Of a DNA stretch of 32,000 nucleotides, positions 1 to 9,828 are shown piece by piece. The notes under the pieces were generated by a model, which searched no databases, had not been told where the DNA came from, and saw nothing but the letters and a program-made list of their open reading frames with translations. Numbering within the stretch: the stretch's first letter is position 1; each line of letters starts with the position of its first letter. Both the position numbers and the translations under genes were made by a program. Source of the stretch: a bacterium (lineage in GTDB: Bacteria; UBP7; UBA6624; JBBIMK01); NCBI GenBank assembly GCA_037444445.1, contig JBBIMK010000004.1, forward strand, positions 1 to 32,000, read 5' to 3'.

Positions 1-23
1 CAGGCACCAAACGGTGTCAAAAT
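1..23 (+). repeat. REP-like palindromic repeat, partial copy cut by the window start
   Basis: Bases 1-11 (CAGGCACCAAA) equal the right arm of the TTTGGTGCC-A-GGCACCAAA palindrome that is complete at 30100, 31086 and 31894. The next bases (cGGTGTcAAAAT) loosely match the GGTGTTATTATT tail of those copies. Confidence 0.5.
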
Positions 24-340
24 GGGTGTGATTTTAACCCTGTCAAGAAAAAAAAGAAGTTTTAACGGTTCATTAGCGAATAAGTTGGACTTTCCTGAGC
101 GCGGTGCAACAGCGTCCATATACGGATTTTCAGGTGATTTTGCCATAGAAAAGCCTGTATGAAGGGATGTTCCATTGCCATAAGGGTGACGGGTTTATGG
201 AGGTTCAGGCGTATAATGATAATGGAATGACCGGAAGGTGATAGAAATGCGGATAAGGCAAATTTTGAGAATGGAGGGGCAAATGGGATGACCCTCAAAA
301 GAAAAGAGAAGGGGGGTTGCAGAAAAAGAAAAAGGGAGTT

Positions 341-1036
341 ATGATGATGGTAGTGATGGCTTTGGTGGTGATTTCGGGGCTGATGGCTACGCCGATGCGG
401 ACGGAAGCGCCAGAAGAGGGCATAGTAACTCCAACTGCCACCAATTCAGTGAATTCCGGGGAATGCTCACTCACAAACTCAATGGCGAGACAGAAATTTT
501 CTTCCCACGAGGTGGAAGACATTCAGTGTAATGAAAATCCCACCCAACCTTGCATGAGGATATACGATGAGTATAATCCTCAGTGTGGGCATGGGAAAAA
601 ACAGGATGCTACCCAATGTCCTGACTGTGACCCTTGCCCCGATACCCAACCCTGCCGTCTGGTGGATTTACAGGGTTGGTATTACAAGTATGACCCTTTA
701 CAGACGCCACCTGCAGAAGTATTCAATTGTAACTGCACCCCTAACACACCTCCCTGTAACGGCGGAGCAGGATGTGGAAGGCACACCCACTATGTGTTCG
801 TTCCTACTCAATACTACTACAAAGCCTGCGCATGTGGTATCTATCGTCGGTATGGTGATACTGCCCCTTATCTTCAAGCTCATGAGCGAACTTGTTTGAT
901 GTGTTGTCTAGAGGGTGGGTGCAACTCCTGCACTGACGCGGAAGAATGTTACTGCGAGAATGATTCATACGGTCGAACAAAGGATGTTGATTGGGATGAC
1001 CTTAGCCCCTGCCTTTACTGCCAGGTACCTTATTAA
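341..1036 (+). CDS. Secreted cysteine-rich protein, unknown function
   Basis: ORF 317..1036 opens with TTG. An ATG triplet at 341-349 follows AAAGGGAG. The N-terminus MMMVVMALVVISGLMATPMRTEA looks like a signal peptide. There are 23 Cys in about 210 mature residues, including CPDCDPCPDTQPC and CLMCCLEGGCNSC. No family recognised. Confidence 0.6.
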   Translation: MMMVVMALVVISGLMATPMRTEAPEEGIVTPTATNSVNSGECSLTNSMARQKFSSHEVEDIQCNENPTQPCMRIYDEYNPQCGHGKKQDATQCPDCDPCPDTQPCRLVDLQGWYYKYDPLQTPPAEVFNCNCTPNTPPCNGGAGCGRHTHYVFVPTQYYYKACACGIYRRYGDTAPYLQAHERTCLMCCLEGGCNSCTDAEECYCENDSYGRTKDVDWDDLSPCLYCQVPY

Positions 1037-1066
1037 CCATTTTTGAAAATGAGAGGTGAAGAAGAG

Positions 1067-2281
1067 ATGAATCAAAATCTGAGGAAGTGGAAATCGCTGA
1101 TATTGCCTGGCATTGTGGCTTTTCTCAGCCTGCTCGCCCTGACGATTTCTGACCATCTCCTTCCGGAACCTGTAATGGCAGAAGAAATCCGGATGGAGAA
1201 TGTCGTTTTACCCCCCTGGGCGGAGCCCCGAAAAACCAGCGCCTTGTCAGATTCCCACCTAACTCCAGAAGAAGCACAGAAGAATGTAGAAAACCGAGTG
1301 GCGTATATTCAGGGGCTTTATTCCCTGCCGGATGCTGATAAATATGTCTTCGCTCTGGCGAACACACTCCAGGTGATGGTGAATCAATTTGCGATGTATG
1401 AAGCCCGTCTGCCCACTCTGGAAGAGTTTCTTAATTCTCCCTACAACAATTTGATGGAAGATGCCTGGATCAATCCTTATACTGGAGAAAGGATTCAGTG
1501 GACATCAGAGCCCATCCGCGGGCACCTGTATTATTCCTATCCTTCCCCTAACGACAGATTCGCACTAATTAGTCCTCTGGTGATTGTTCCCTGGATTCCC
1601 CGATTTGAAGGGGTCAGATATGAGTGGGGAGGTCCGGCCCCGGAGGGGGCAACCCTGGGTATCTGGGGCACCTGGCCTGGAAGCGACCCAGAATTGCCCA
1701 GACGCCAACGCTCAGAATTCTTTGATAGAATTTGCCAGAGGGAGTATGGTGTCGTCTGGTATCCCTGTCATGTCCGCAGGTACCACGCTGTGAAAATGAA
1801 TTACTCGGAAAATGACTGGAGAACCCTGATGGTGACAGACGCCCTGGCGTTCATTTTCTCCCGAATCTTCTGGAGTTTTGAGACGGGATTGCCTGCCTCC
1901 CTGGATGAAATGCGGCAGAACTACTGGTGGCTTTACAATACGAACTTGAAAAACCCTTTCACCTCACATCCTGTAGAAGAGGTTCCTTTCGGCACCCTCT
2001 CTCCCGGAAACTTCGTCTATGGTTCGGATTATCAGAAGGGAATTGCTGCTCCGGAATTCATCCCCCTGGGTGAAAACGGCAAGTGGCTTTATCCCTATGA
2101 TGAGAGCGGCGGTATCGTTACTGCTTTGAGAAACCTTTCCAGCGCAGATTACATTCGGGGGTTAGAGGGTCGTTCCTTCTGTGAGGCGGCACGGGAATTT
2201 ATGGGGGAAGAAATATGGGAGCAAAAGGGGAGACATTATTGCATAGACAAACAGTTACTTTCCACCCCACCCCGGAAATAA
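1067..2281 (+). CDS. Membrane-anchored or secreted hypothetical protein
   Basis: ORF 1043..2281. The ATG at 1067 lies 8 nt after GAGGTGA. The N-terminus MNQNLRKWKSLILPGIVAFLSLLALTI has a basic n-region and one hydrophobic helix. The gene begins about 30 nt after the Cys-rich gene stop, so co-transcription is likely. No family recognised. Confidence 0.6.
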   Translation: MNQNLRKWKSLILPGIVAFLSLLALTISDHLLPEPVMAEEIRMENVVLPPWAEPRKTSALSDSHLTPEEAQKNVENRVAYIQGLYSLPDADKYVFALANTLQVMVNQFAMYEARLPTLEEFLNSPYNNLMEDAWINPYTGERIQWTSEPIRGHLYYSYPSPNDRFALISPLVIVPWIPRFEGVRYEWGGPAPEGATLGIWGTWPGSDPELPRRQRSEFFDRICQREYGVVWYPCHVRRYHAVKMNYSENDWRTLMVTDALAFIFSRIFWSFETGLPASLDEMRQNYWWLYNTNLKNPFTSHPVEEVPFGTLSPGNFVYGSDYQKGIAAPEFIPLGENGKWLYPYDESGGIVTALRNLSSADYIRGLEGRSFCEAAREFMGEEIWEQKGRHYCIDKQLLSTPPRK

Positions 2282-3194
2282 TTTTCTGAAAGCCACTCCC
2301 TTCTTTTCAGCCCCTTTCCCCAAGCCAAGCACGACCTCCCGAATGACCCTTTAGGGTCTGCCCCCAAGAGTGCATTTCCTATTTATTCATTTACTTGCCC
2401 CCTATTTGCACCTTATCTGCACCCCTATTTTCCGCAAAACCTGTTGGCAACTATCTCCGGGGTGCTAAAATAGTTACGATGATGGATGGCAGGGATGCCG
2501 GAAGCTGGAAAACAAAAGGGGGGGTAGAATGTGGGTCTTGTAAAAAGATAAAGGTGGATTGCTATGCTCCCCTTCCCTGGCCAGTCTGTGTCATATCGAA
2601 CACGTGTAATGTGGTATATATTTGTACTACAGACTGCACAAGGTGTGGAGGAGGGATAAGGACTCAATTTGAGGCTGGTGGCAAAGAAACTTTTAAGGGT
2701 AAATTCAGCCCACTGCAGTTCAGCAAGTATCACAGCCATCGGCAGGCGATATTTCCTGGCAAACCGCCCCTACTACCCTAACGGTTACCTATTACTACCT
2801 CTGTAATGGAGAGATTTTATCCTTCTCAACGATTAGCTATGATGAAGAATTTCTGAACGAAGCCGTGGCTGCTACTCTGTTTATTCCGGAGCACCTCACC
2901 CAGCAAAATGACGGGTATACCTTTATGGTTTGTGAGTTTATGGACTCCTGATTTCTATTTTTTCATGCGAATGAAGGGCGGAATGCCAAACTCTTTTGAT
3001 GAACTGGCAAACCTCTTTCCATTTTTGAGGAAAGTTCGCAATGAATTCACCGGGGGCTATGCTCAAAATGTGGCTCCAGAAACCCCTGCTCCGGTAACTT
3101 TAGCTATCAACCTTTCTACACGATAAGCAGGGGAATTACGACTCGTATGGTTTATGGTGCTACGGTTCGGATAACGGGGCCCTCTAAACGCACC

Positions 3195-4262
3195 TCAGGG
3201 AGCTGACGGAGGAAAGGTGCGGGGATTTTTCCTTCGGCGGACTTCTTCTATAAGAGCCGGGATGACGCGGTATAAATCGCCTACAATTCCATAATCCGCC
3301 ATCTGGAAAATGGGGGCATTGGGGTCTGTGTTGATGGCCACCACCACATCAGAATCTTTCATTCCCACCAGATGCTGGATGGCGCCGGAGATACCGCAGG
3401 CGAAGTAGATTTTCGGGCGGACGGTTTTCCCCGTCTGCCCCACCTGATGGTCGTGAGAAATCCAGCCTGCATCCACCACGGCTCTGGAGGCACCCACCAC
3501 ACCTCCGATTTCCTGTGCAAATTCTTGTAACAGTTGGAAGCCGGCTTTATTTCCCAGTCCCCGCCCGCCAGAAACAATGATTTCCGCATAGGAAAGGTCA
3601 AAATGATTCTCACTTCCGGAGGAAATGAAATCTATGACACGGCTCGGCACATCCTCCTCAGAAATACCGAGTGAATGATGAATTACATTGTCAGAAGTAA
3701 TCTCTCTGGGTCGTCTTGGGGGGATAGGAAATACCCTTGGACGAACCGTTGCCATCTGGGGAGTGTGCTTCGGGTTGGGGCACACAATCGTCGCCATCAG
3801 GTTGCCCGCAAATGTAGGACGAGATGCCAGTAACTGACGCATTTCTACATCCACATCAATCTGGGTGGAATCGGCGGTGAGTCCCGTTTCCAACTCCGTG
3901 GCGACCGCACCCGCCAGACTCCTTCCCAGCGTCGTAGCGCCTACGAAAAAAATGTTCGGATTATACTTTTTGCAGAGTGCGGATATCTTCTTCCGATACG
4001 GATAGACCCGATAATCCTTCAGCACCGGGTCATCTACCACATGCACCTGGTCCGCTCCATACGCCAGCGCCTCTGGCGGGATGTGGTCAATCTGATACCC
4101 CAGCACTACCGCCACCAGTTTCACCTGAAGTTTGTCCGCAACCACACGCCCGACGCCTAATAACTCCCAGGAAACCGGGTGCACCTCCCCCCTTTCCTGC
4201 TCAATAAAAACCCAGACATCTCCAGCCCTTTGCCCTTCTAATAAAATGACTTTCTTTGCCAT
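3195..4262 (-). CDS. etfA: Electron transfer flavoprotein, alpha subunit
   Basis: The translation has the ETF-alpha layout. The C-terminal FAD-binding region reads IVSGGRGLG...[16 protein letters not shown]...[29 protein letters not shown]...[22 protein letters not shown]. The start is set at ATG 4262 (MAKKVILL); the longer ORF opens with TTG at 4280. Confidence 0.85.
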   Translation of the reverse strand: MAKKVILLEGQRAGDVWVFIEQERGEVHPVSWELLGVGRVVADKLQVKLVAVVLGYQIDHIPPEALAYGADQVHVVDDPVLKDYRVYPYRKKISALCKKYNPNIFFVGATTLGRSLAGAVATELETGLTADSTQIDVDVEMRQLLASRPTFAGNLMATIVCPNPKHTPQMATVRPRVFPIPPRRPREITSDNVIHHSLGISEEDVPSRVIDFISSGSENHFDLSYAEIIVSGGRGLGNKAGFQLLQEFAQEIGGVVGASRAVVDAGWISHDHQVGQTGKTVRPKIYFACGISGAIQHLVGMKDSDVVVAINTDPNAPIFQMADYGIVGDLYRVIPALIEEVRRRKNPRTFPPSAP

Positions 4263-4311
4263 CTCAGGACAAAACTCCAAATTCCGAACAGAGGTTGGGA
4301 ATTTGCATATC

Positions 4312-5259
4312 CTACGCTTCAGTCGGCACTTTTTCTATCTCACCGCGGGTTTCCGCTTCGCGAGTGACTTTCCATTGCATCCGCTCCTGAAGAGCATCCA
4401 GCAGGAACGAAGCCATTTCTTCAACTCTACCATTCAGGCGAATGCCGGGCTTCTTCTCCTCGGGCACGAACACTTCTTGCACAATTGTGGGCGAGCCCTT
4501 GAGCCCAATTCGCACCTCCCCGGTTCTGTCAGGGTCCATATCAATGATTTTCGTATTTACTACAATGGGCTTGTACTCAGATGCCCGAAGGATTCTTTCA
4601 GGAGAAACCCTTTCCTCCTGAGCAATTTCGGGAAGCACCATAAAGAGAGCGGGAAGGCGAGCCTCCACAACCTCTATCCCTCGCTCCACCTGCCGATGAA
4701 CCACCGTTTTATTCCTCTCAAAGTCAATCCACTCTATCTTGCGAACATAGGTGAGTTGTGTGAATCTCACCCGGGTAGCGATACCCGGTCCCACCTGAGC
4801 GGTGTCTCCATCTATGGTTTGCTTCCCCGTAAAAATTAAGTGTAAGGGCTCCTTTTTTCTCCCCAATGGGTCAAGAGAAGGCTGTTCATTCGCCGACTGC
4901 TCCCTCATCCTTTTGTGCCAGTCCACATCAAAGAAAGCCTGAATGGTTCGCCAGAGGGCGTAGGTGGTGGCAAGGGTGTCCGCACCTGCCAGCAGCCGGT
5001 CCGTCAGGTGAATTGCTTCATCACAACCCATGGCGATACACTCTTTCAACGCTTCCTCAGCCATAGGAGGACCCATAGTAAGAGCGGTAATCTTGCCACC
5101 GTAGCGTCGCTTCACTTCTACCGCGGCTGCCACCGCATACACATCATACGGATTCAGCACCGCTGGAACTCCGGTTCGGATTAATGTTCCCGTCGTCCGG
5201 TCAATTCGCATCTGCGTGGAATCCGGCACCTGCTTCACACAAACCAGATATTGTAGCAT
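4312..5259 (-). CDS. etfB: Electron transfer flavoprotein, beta subunit (carries an internal insertion)
   Basis: MLQYLVCVKQVPDST...LNPYD...ITALTMGPP...GKQTIDGDTAQVGP...GLKGSPT are classic ETF-beta motifs. The gene sits directly upstream of etfA on the same strand. The start could be ATG 5259 or ATG 5286; family N-termini normally start just before the VC[IV]KQVPD motif, which favours 5259. Confidence 0.85.
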   Translation of the reverse strand: MLQYLVCVKQVPDSTQMRIDRTTGTLIRTGVPAVLNPYDVYAVAAAVEVKRRYGGKITALTMGPPMAEEALKECIAMGCDEAIHLTDRLLAGADTLATTYALWRTIQAFFDVDWHKRMREQSANEQPSLDPLGRKKEPLHLIFTGKQTIDGDTAQVGPGIATRVRFTQLTYVRKIEWIDFERNKTVVHRQVERGIEVVEARLPALFMVLPEIAQEERVSPERILRASEYKPIVVNTKIIDMDPDRTGEVRIGLKGSPTIVQEVFVPEEKKPGIRLNGRVEEMASFLLDALQERMQWKVTREAETRGEIEKVPTEA

Positions 5260-5289
5260 TTTCTCTTTTTCATCCCCTCTATCCATCCT

Positions 5290-5318
5290 ATTTTAGCATA
5301 CCCAGCGTAGTGCGTCCA
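5290..5318 (-). promoter_or_regulatory. Possible sigma70-like promoter for etfBA (TGGACG-N17-TAAAAT)
   Basis: On the minus strand the -35 TGGACG is at 5318..5313, followed by a 17-nt spacer and the -10 TAAAAT at 5295..5290. A transcript starting just downstream would exclude ATG 5286 and favour ATG 5259. This is a hexamer match only. Confidence 0.3.
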
Positions 5319-5396
5319 TCTACTTCTGGGTTCTACCCCCGGTCTCCTGCTCCAGGCTTTCTATCCTCCTATGATATTCTCTACTCTCCCCTTCTA

Positions 5397-5405
5397 TGTT
5401 ATAAT
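5397..5405 (+). promoter_or_regulatory. Possible extended -10 promoter (TGtTATAAT) for the SCO1-cox operon
   Basis: TG at 5397-5398 and TATAAT at 5400-5405. The site is about 34 nt upstream of ATG 5439, which is preceded by AAGAGAGG. The -35 (TTCTCT) is weak. Confidence 0.35.
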
Positions 5406-5438
5406 TCTATAGGTTTTGAAAGAATAAAGAGAGGTTAT

Positions 5439-6305
5439 ATGGACGGGGGATTTACAGGGGTGAGGAATTTCGGGGTTAGCCTCCTGGCCAAAGAGAGGAG
5501 GAGGCGTGGAAGAGAGGTGAAACTTTATTTACTTCTCGGGTTTTTGCTTCTTACTCTCCTATCAACAGGAAAAGCCCTGGCAGAATCCATGGAGATAGGA
5601 ATCGCCCAGAGGCCTGGCGAATTCGTCCCCCTATCTCTCACTTTCCGGGATGAGAATGGAACCTCCCTCAGTTTGCGCCAACTGGTGAATAAGCCCACCA
5701 TCCTCGCCCTGGTGTATTACCGATGCACCCATATCTGCACGCCATTATTGACGGGACTGGCGGATGTGTTAAACCAGTTACCCGCAGAGCCCGGGAAGGA
5801 TTTCTCGGTTCTCACCGTGAGTTTTGACGAAAATGACACGCCAGAAATAGCCCGCCAGAAGAAAAAGAATTACTTGAAACTTCTCCATAAGCCCTTTCCA
5901 GAAGATGCCTGGAAGTTCTTGACCGGCGATGCAGAAAATATCCATTCCCTCGCGGAAGCGGTGGGCTTCCTGTACAAAAGAGAAGGCGAAGACTTTGAGC
6001 ACCCCGTGTCCCTTATCGTGCTATCGCCGCAAGGAAAGATTATCCGCTATCTTTATGGTGTTGACTTTCTACCTATGGATGTGAAACTGGCGCTGGTGGA
6101 AGCCAATGCTGGAAGGGCGGGACCCACCATCAGTAAGGTGCTCAAATTCTGCTTTTCTTACGACCCGAAAAGCCATAAACTGGTGTTCAACACTTTGAGA
6201 GTAAGCGGAACCGCCACCTTGCTTCTACTCCTGTCATTTGCCACTTTTCTCGCTTTTACCGGGAAAAAACGCGAAGTTCAAGGGGGGATAAAGAATGCCA
6301 CCTGA
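5439..6305 (+). CDS. SCO1/SenC-family copper chaperone (thioredoxin fold)
   Basis: It has an N-terminal TM helix ([14 protein letters not shown]), the CxxxC copper motif in [12 protein letters not shown], and a downstream conserved His ([15 protein letters not shown]). It overlaps coxI by 11 nt. The long upstream ORF extension from 5184 overlaps etfB and is rejected. Confidence 0.8.
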   Translation: MDGGFTGVRNFGVSLLAKERRRRGREVKLYLLLGFLLLTLLSTGKALAESMEIGIAQRPGEFVPLSLTFRDENGTSLSLRQLVNKPTILALVYYRCTHICTPLLTGLADVLNQLPAEPGKDFSVLTVSFDENDTPEIARQKKKNYLKLLHKPFPEDAWKFLTGDAENIHSLAEAVGFLYKREGEDFEHPVSLIVLSPQGKIIRYLYGVDFLPMDVKLALVEANAGRAGPTISKVLKFCFSYDPKSHKLVFNTLRVSGTATLLLLLSFATFLAFTGKKREVQGGIKNAT

Positions 6306-7932
6306 TGGAGTGCTGGAAGGAGTTCATCCGGGAATCAGTTTCTACGAACAAAAAGGGAGGTTCAGTGGAATTCTTGCCTGGATTCTTTCCACCGACCACA
6401 AACGAATCGGTTTACTTTATTTCTTTTCCATCCTCACTTTCTTTTTCATCGGTGTTGTTCTCGGATTCCTGATTCGCCTGGAACTCATCGCCCCTGGAAA
6501 AACCATTATGGACGCCCAGACCTATAATTCCGTCTTCACTCTTCACGGAGTGATTATGATATTTCTGTTCGTCATCCCGGGAATTCCTGCTATTTTTGGG
6601 AACTTCTTCCTCCCGCTGCAGATAGGTGCCCGGGATGTATCGTTCCCGGTGGTGAACCTGATGTCATGGTATTTCTACATCACAGGCGCTATTTTAGCCG
6701 TCGTTTCTCTGTTTACCGGCGGCGGTCCCGTGGACACAGGATGGACATTTTACGCTCCCTACAGCCTCCGAACCAATGCCAATGTGCCTCTGGCTGTGTT
6801 TGCTGTGTTTCTCCTGGGCTTTTCCTCCATCTTAACCGGCATTAACTTCGTTACCACGATTCATCGTCTTCGGGCTCCTGGCATGTCCTGGTTCCGCCTT
6901 CCACTATTCGTCTGGGCGCTTTATGCTACTGGCTGGATTCAGGTTCTTGCCACACCGGTGGTAGGAATTACCCTTTTGCTCATCCTTCTGGAAAGGTTAT
7001 TTGGGGTGGGTGTATTTGACCCGGCAAAGGGGGGTGACCCAATCCTGTATCAGCATTTGTTCTGGATTTACTCCCACCCCGCGGTGTATATTATGATTCT
7101 GCCTGCCATGGGAATCATTTCAGAAATCATTCCTACCTTTGCCCGCCGAACCATCTTCGGTTATAAAGCCATCGCCTTTTCCAGCCTCGCCATCGCCCTG
7201 GTCGGCTCCCTCGTCTGGGGTCACCACATGTTCGTCAGCGGGCAGAGTTATACCGCCGACTGGATTTTTTCCCTCTTCACATTTTTAGTTGCCATCCCCA
7301 GCGCCATCAAAGTATTCAACTGGGTCGCCACTCTTTACAAAGGCAGTATCCATCTGGACCCCCCTATGCTGTTCGCCATGGCTTTCCTCTTCCTCTTCTC
7401 CATCGGAGGGCTAACCGGCATGTTCCAGGGCTCTCTGGCAACGGATGTTCATCTCCACGACACCTACTTCGTGGTAGGACATTTCCACTACATTATCTTC
7501 GGCGGAATGGGCTTCGCCTTCTTCGGCGGACTTCACTACTGGTTTCCAAAAATGTTCGGGAAAATGTTCAACAAAACCGTTGCTTCCTGGGCTTGCCTGA
7601 TAACCTTCATCGGGTTTAACATCCTCTATTTCCCGATGTTCATCCTCGGCTGGGAAGGTATGCCCCGCCGATATTACGATTATCTCCCGCGATTTCATAC
7701 CCTTCACCTCCTTTCCACCATCGGCTCCTGGATTCTCATCTCTGGCTTGATTCTGATGTTCGGAAACCTCGCTGTAGCCCTGTTCAAAGGGAAGAAAGCG
7801 GTAGCCAACCCCTGGGGCGGTGCCACCTTAGAGTGGCAAATCCCTTCCCCGCCACCCGCGGAAAACTTTGAAAAAATCCCCGTCATTGACCGGGGTCCTT
7901 ATGTCTTTAAGGGTGCTGAATCGGTGGGTTGA
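6295..7932 (+). CDS. ctaD: Cytochrome c oxidase subunit I, A2-type (YS motif)
   Basis: 12-TM heme-copper oxidase signatures are present: [14 protein letters not shown] (CuB His plus cross-linked Tyr), WGHHMFVSG and [10 protein letters not shown]. The RBS AGGGGGGA lies 7 nt upstream of the ATG. Confidence 0.95.
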   Translation: MPPDGVLEGVHPGISFYEQKGRFSGILAWILSTDHKRIGLLYFFSILTFFFIGVVLGFLIRLELIAPGKTIMDAQTYNSVFTLHGVIMIFLFVIPGIPAIFGNFFLPLQIGARDVSFPVVNLMSWYFYITGAILAVVSLFTGGGPVDTGWTFYAPYSLRTNANVPLAVFAVFLLGFSSILTGINFVTTIHRLRAPGMSWFRLPLFVWALYATGWIQVLATPVVGITLLLILLERLFGVGVFDPAKGGDPILYQHLFWIYSHPAVYIMILPAMGIISEIIPTFARRTIFGYKAIAFSSLAIALVGSLVWGHHMFVSGQSYTADWIFSLFTFLVAIPSAIKVFNWVATLYKGSIHLDPPMLFAMAFLFLFSIGGLTGMFQGSLATDVHLHDTYFVVGHFHYIIFGGMGFAFFGGLHYWFPKMFGKMFNKTVASWACLITFIGFNILYFPMFILGWEGMPRRYYDYLPRFHTLHLLSTIGSWILISGLILMFGNLAVALFKGKKAVANPWGGATLEWQIPSPPPAENFEKIPVIDRGPYVFKGAESVG

Positions 7933-7954
7933 TGCGTGAATGGGTAAGGAGGGC

Positions 7955-8578
7955 ATGATGAACGAAACCGCAGAAATGGTTCTGGAGCATCACAAAGATT
8001 ACACGGGCGCCAAACTCGGAATGTGGCTCTTCCTCCTCACCGAAATCCTGTTGTTCGGTGGGATGTTCATCCTCTATGCCGCCTACCGGTATCATCATCC
8101 GGCGGAGTTTCACCAGGCCGCCGAGGAATTGAACCGTATCATCGGCGCCCTCAACACCCTCATTCTTCTTACCAGCAGTTTGACCATGGCTCTCTCCATC
8201 TCTGCCATCCAGAAGGGGCATCGCAAACTCTCCACTTACTTCCTCATCGCCACTATCTTACTCGGGTTTCTATTCCTTGTGAATAAATATATAGAGTGGA
8301 GCGGAAAGTTTCAGCATGGCATCTATCCCAATTCTCCAGAACTCCTTGCCCGTAGCCAGGGAGAAATTCTTTTCTATGGCCTCTACTATGCGATGACGGG
8401 CTTTCACGGCCTCCATGTCCTCGCCGGTATCCTCCTGCTGAATGTGATGCTGTATCTTGTGATGACCGGAACCATCCACAAGGGCGATTTCATCCTCCTG
8501 GAAAATTCCGGCTTATACTGGCATCTGGTGGACATCATCTGGATATTTTTATTCCCACTTTTCTACCTCATCACTTGA
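7955..8578 (+). CDS. ctaE: Cytochrome c oxidase subunit III
   Basis: Multi-TM protein with TGFHGLHVLAGILLL and YWHLVDIIWIFLFPLFYL, matching the Cox3 family pattern. AAGGAGG at 7946-7952 favours ATG 7955 or 7958 over ATG 7940. Confidence 0.9.
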   Translation: MMNETAEMVLEHHKDYTGAKLGMWLFLLTEILLFGGMFILYAAYRYHHPAEFHQAAEELNRIIGALNTLILLTSSLTMALSISAIQKGHRKLSTYFLIATILLGFLFLVNKYIEWSGKFQHGIYPNSPELLARSQGEILFYGLYYAMTGFHGLHVLAGILLLNVMLYLVMTGTIHKGDFILLENSGLYWHLVDIIWIFLFPLFYLIT

Positions 8579-8595
8579 AGGGAGGGAGATAGAAT

Positions 8596-8886
8596 ATGGA
8601 GCATTCTGAAGCCAGGTTTCACATCAGTTATTACGGGGTCTACATTCTCGTCTGGCTGGCGCTGGTGATTCTAACTGGAATCACCGTGTTCGTAGCAGGG
8701 TTGAATGTGGGGCACCTGACGGTTCTCGCGGCTCTCTTCATCGCCGCCCTCAAATCTACCCTCGTCCTTTCCTACTTTATGCACCTGAAATATGAAAGGG
8801 GGGGCTTTCATATTCTGATTCCTCTCGTTTTGGTCACTCTTGCCATATTCCTCGGCTTAACATTCAGCGATGTGGCTTTCCGGTGA
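8596..8886 (+). CDS. Cytochrome c oxidase subunit IV (prokaryotic COX4 type)
   Basis: 96 aa with 3 TM helices and the conserved AALKSTLVLSYFMHLKYE motif. The RBS GGAGGGAG lies upstream. Its position within the cox operon supports the call. Confidence 0.85.
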   Translation: MEHSEARFHISYYGVYILVWLALVILTGITVFVAGLNVGHLTVLAALFIAALKSTLVLSYFMHLKYERGGFHILIPLVLVTLAIFLGLTFSDVAFR

Positions 8887-8898
8887 GGTGAAAGGGCA

Positions 8899-9828
8899 AT
8901 GATATGGATTGGAACCGTAGGACAATACGGAAAAATGGTGGACCAGATTTTCCTGTATATCCTTACCATCACCCTTTTCTTCTTTCTGCTCATCACCGTT
9001 CTGATGGTCTATTTCGTTATTCGGTATCATCGGACGAGAAACCCGCAACCCGAAGATATTGAGGGAAATACCTGGCTGGAAATCACCTGGACCGTGGTGC
9101 CCACTCTTCTGGTTCTCACGATGTTCTTCTACGCCCTGACAGGGTTCAAGTTCCTGAAAAAAGCCCCGGAGGGGGCCATGGAAGTGAAAGTCATAGCCCG
9201 TCAGTGGTCCTGGCTGTTTGAGTATTCTGACGGTGTCAAAACCACGGAGTTGACCGTGCCTTTGAACAAGCCCGTGAAACTTCTCCTTTCCTCCCAAGAT
9301 GTTATCCATAGTTTCTACATCCCGGCCTTCCGAATGAAACAGGATGCGGTGCCGGGAATAGAAACTTCTCTGTGGTTCCAGGCTGATGAAGCAGGAGATT
9401 ATGAGGCCTTCTGCGCCGAATACTGCGGTCAACAGCACTCTAAAATGCTCACCACCGTTCATGTGGTTCCGGAAGAGCAATTTGCTACCTGGCTGGAAAG
9501 CCAAAAGCAACCCGTTCTCGTAGCCGTGAGCCCGGAGCGAGGCAAGCAACTGTATCAGGAAAAAGGATGCATCGCCTGCCACACCACAGATGGTTCTCCC
9601 CTCGTGGGTCCCACCTGGAAAGGCATTTACGGCTCCACGGAAAAGGTGTTCACCAGTGGAAAGGAGCGGGAAATTACCGTGGATGACGAGTATATCCGCA
9701 AGTCCATCTTAAATCCCAACGCAGATGTGGTGGCGGGGTTTCCGGAGAATCTGATGCCTTCTATGGAAGGGCAAATTACTGACGAAGAAATCCAGGCAAT
9801 CATTGAATTCATCAAGAGTCTCAAGTAA
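8899..9828 (+). CDS. ctaC: Cytochrome c oxidase subunit II fused to a cytochrome c domain (caa3 type)
   Basis: Two N-terminal TM helices, a cupredoxin domain with CuA ligands (HSFYIP...CAEYCGQQHSKM), and a C-terminal CIACH heme-c motif at 9568-9582 with a distal Met (LMPSM). GAGGTG lies 8 nt upstream of the ATG. Confidence 0.92.
   Translation: MIWIGTVGQYGKMVDQIFLYILTITLFFFLLITVLMVYFVIRYHRTRNPQPEDIEGNTWLEITWTVVPTLLVLTMFFYALTGFKFLKKAPEGAMEVKVIARQWSWLFEYSDGVKTTELTVPLNKPVKLLLSSQDVIHSFYIPAFRMKQDAVPGIETSLWFQADEAGDYEAFCAEYCGQQHSKMLTTVHVVPEEQFATWLESQKQPVLVAVSPERGKQLYQEKGCIACHTTDGSPLVGPTWKGIYGSTEKVFTSGKEREITVDDEYIRKSILNPNADVVAGFPENLMPSMEGQITDEEIQAIIEFIKSLK

Noticed and set aside
62-298. 78-aa minus-strand ORF, and a TATAAT at 212-217, upstream of the Cys-rich gene.
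   Set aside because: The ORF has no RBS and an odd composition. The TATAAT has no acceptable -35 at 16-18 nt spacing (the best, TGACGG, is at 19 nt). Neither is reported as a feature.
5184-5438. Long N-terminal extension of the SCO1 ORF that overlaps etfB.
   Set aside because: The extension is Pro/Ser-rich and non-homologous, and it crosses the divergent etfB start and the promoter region. ATG 5439 has an RBS and is followed by the expected TM helix.
8857-9582. 241-aa ORF antisense to coxII, and 235-aa ORF 4132..4839 antisense to etfA/etfB.
   Set aside because: The sense strands carry unambiguous CuA/heme-c motifs and ETF motifs. The antisense translations have no recognisable features.
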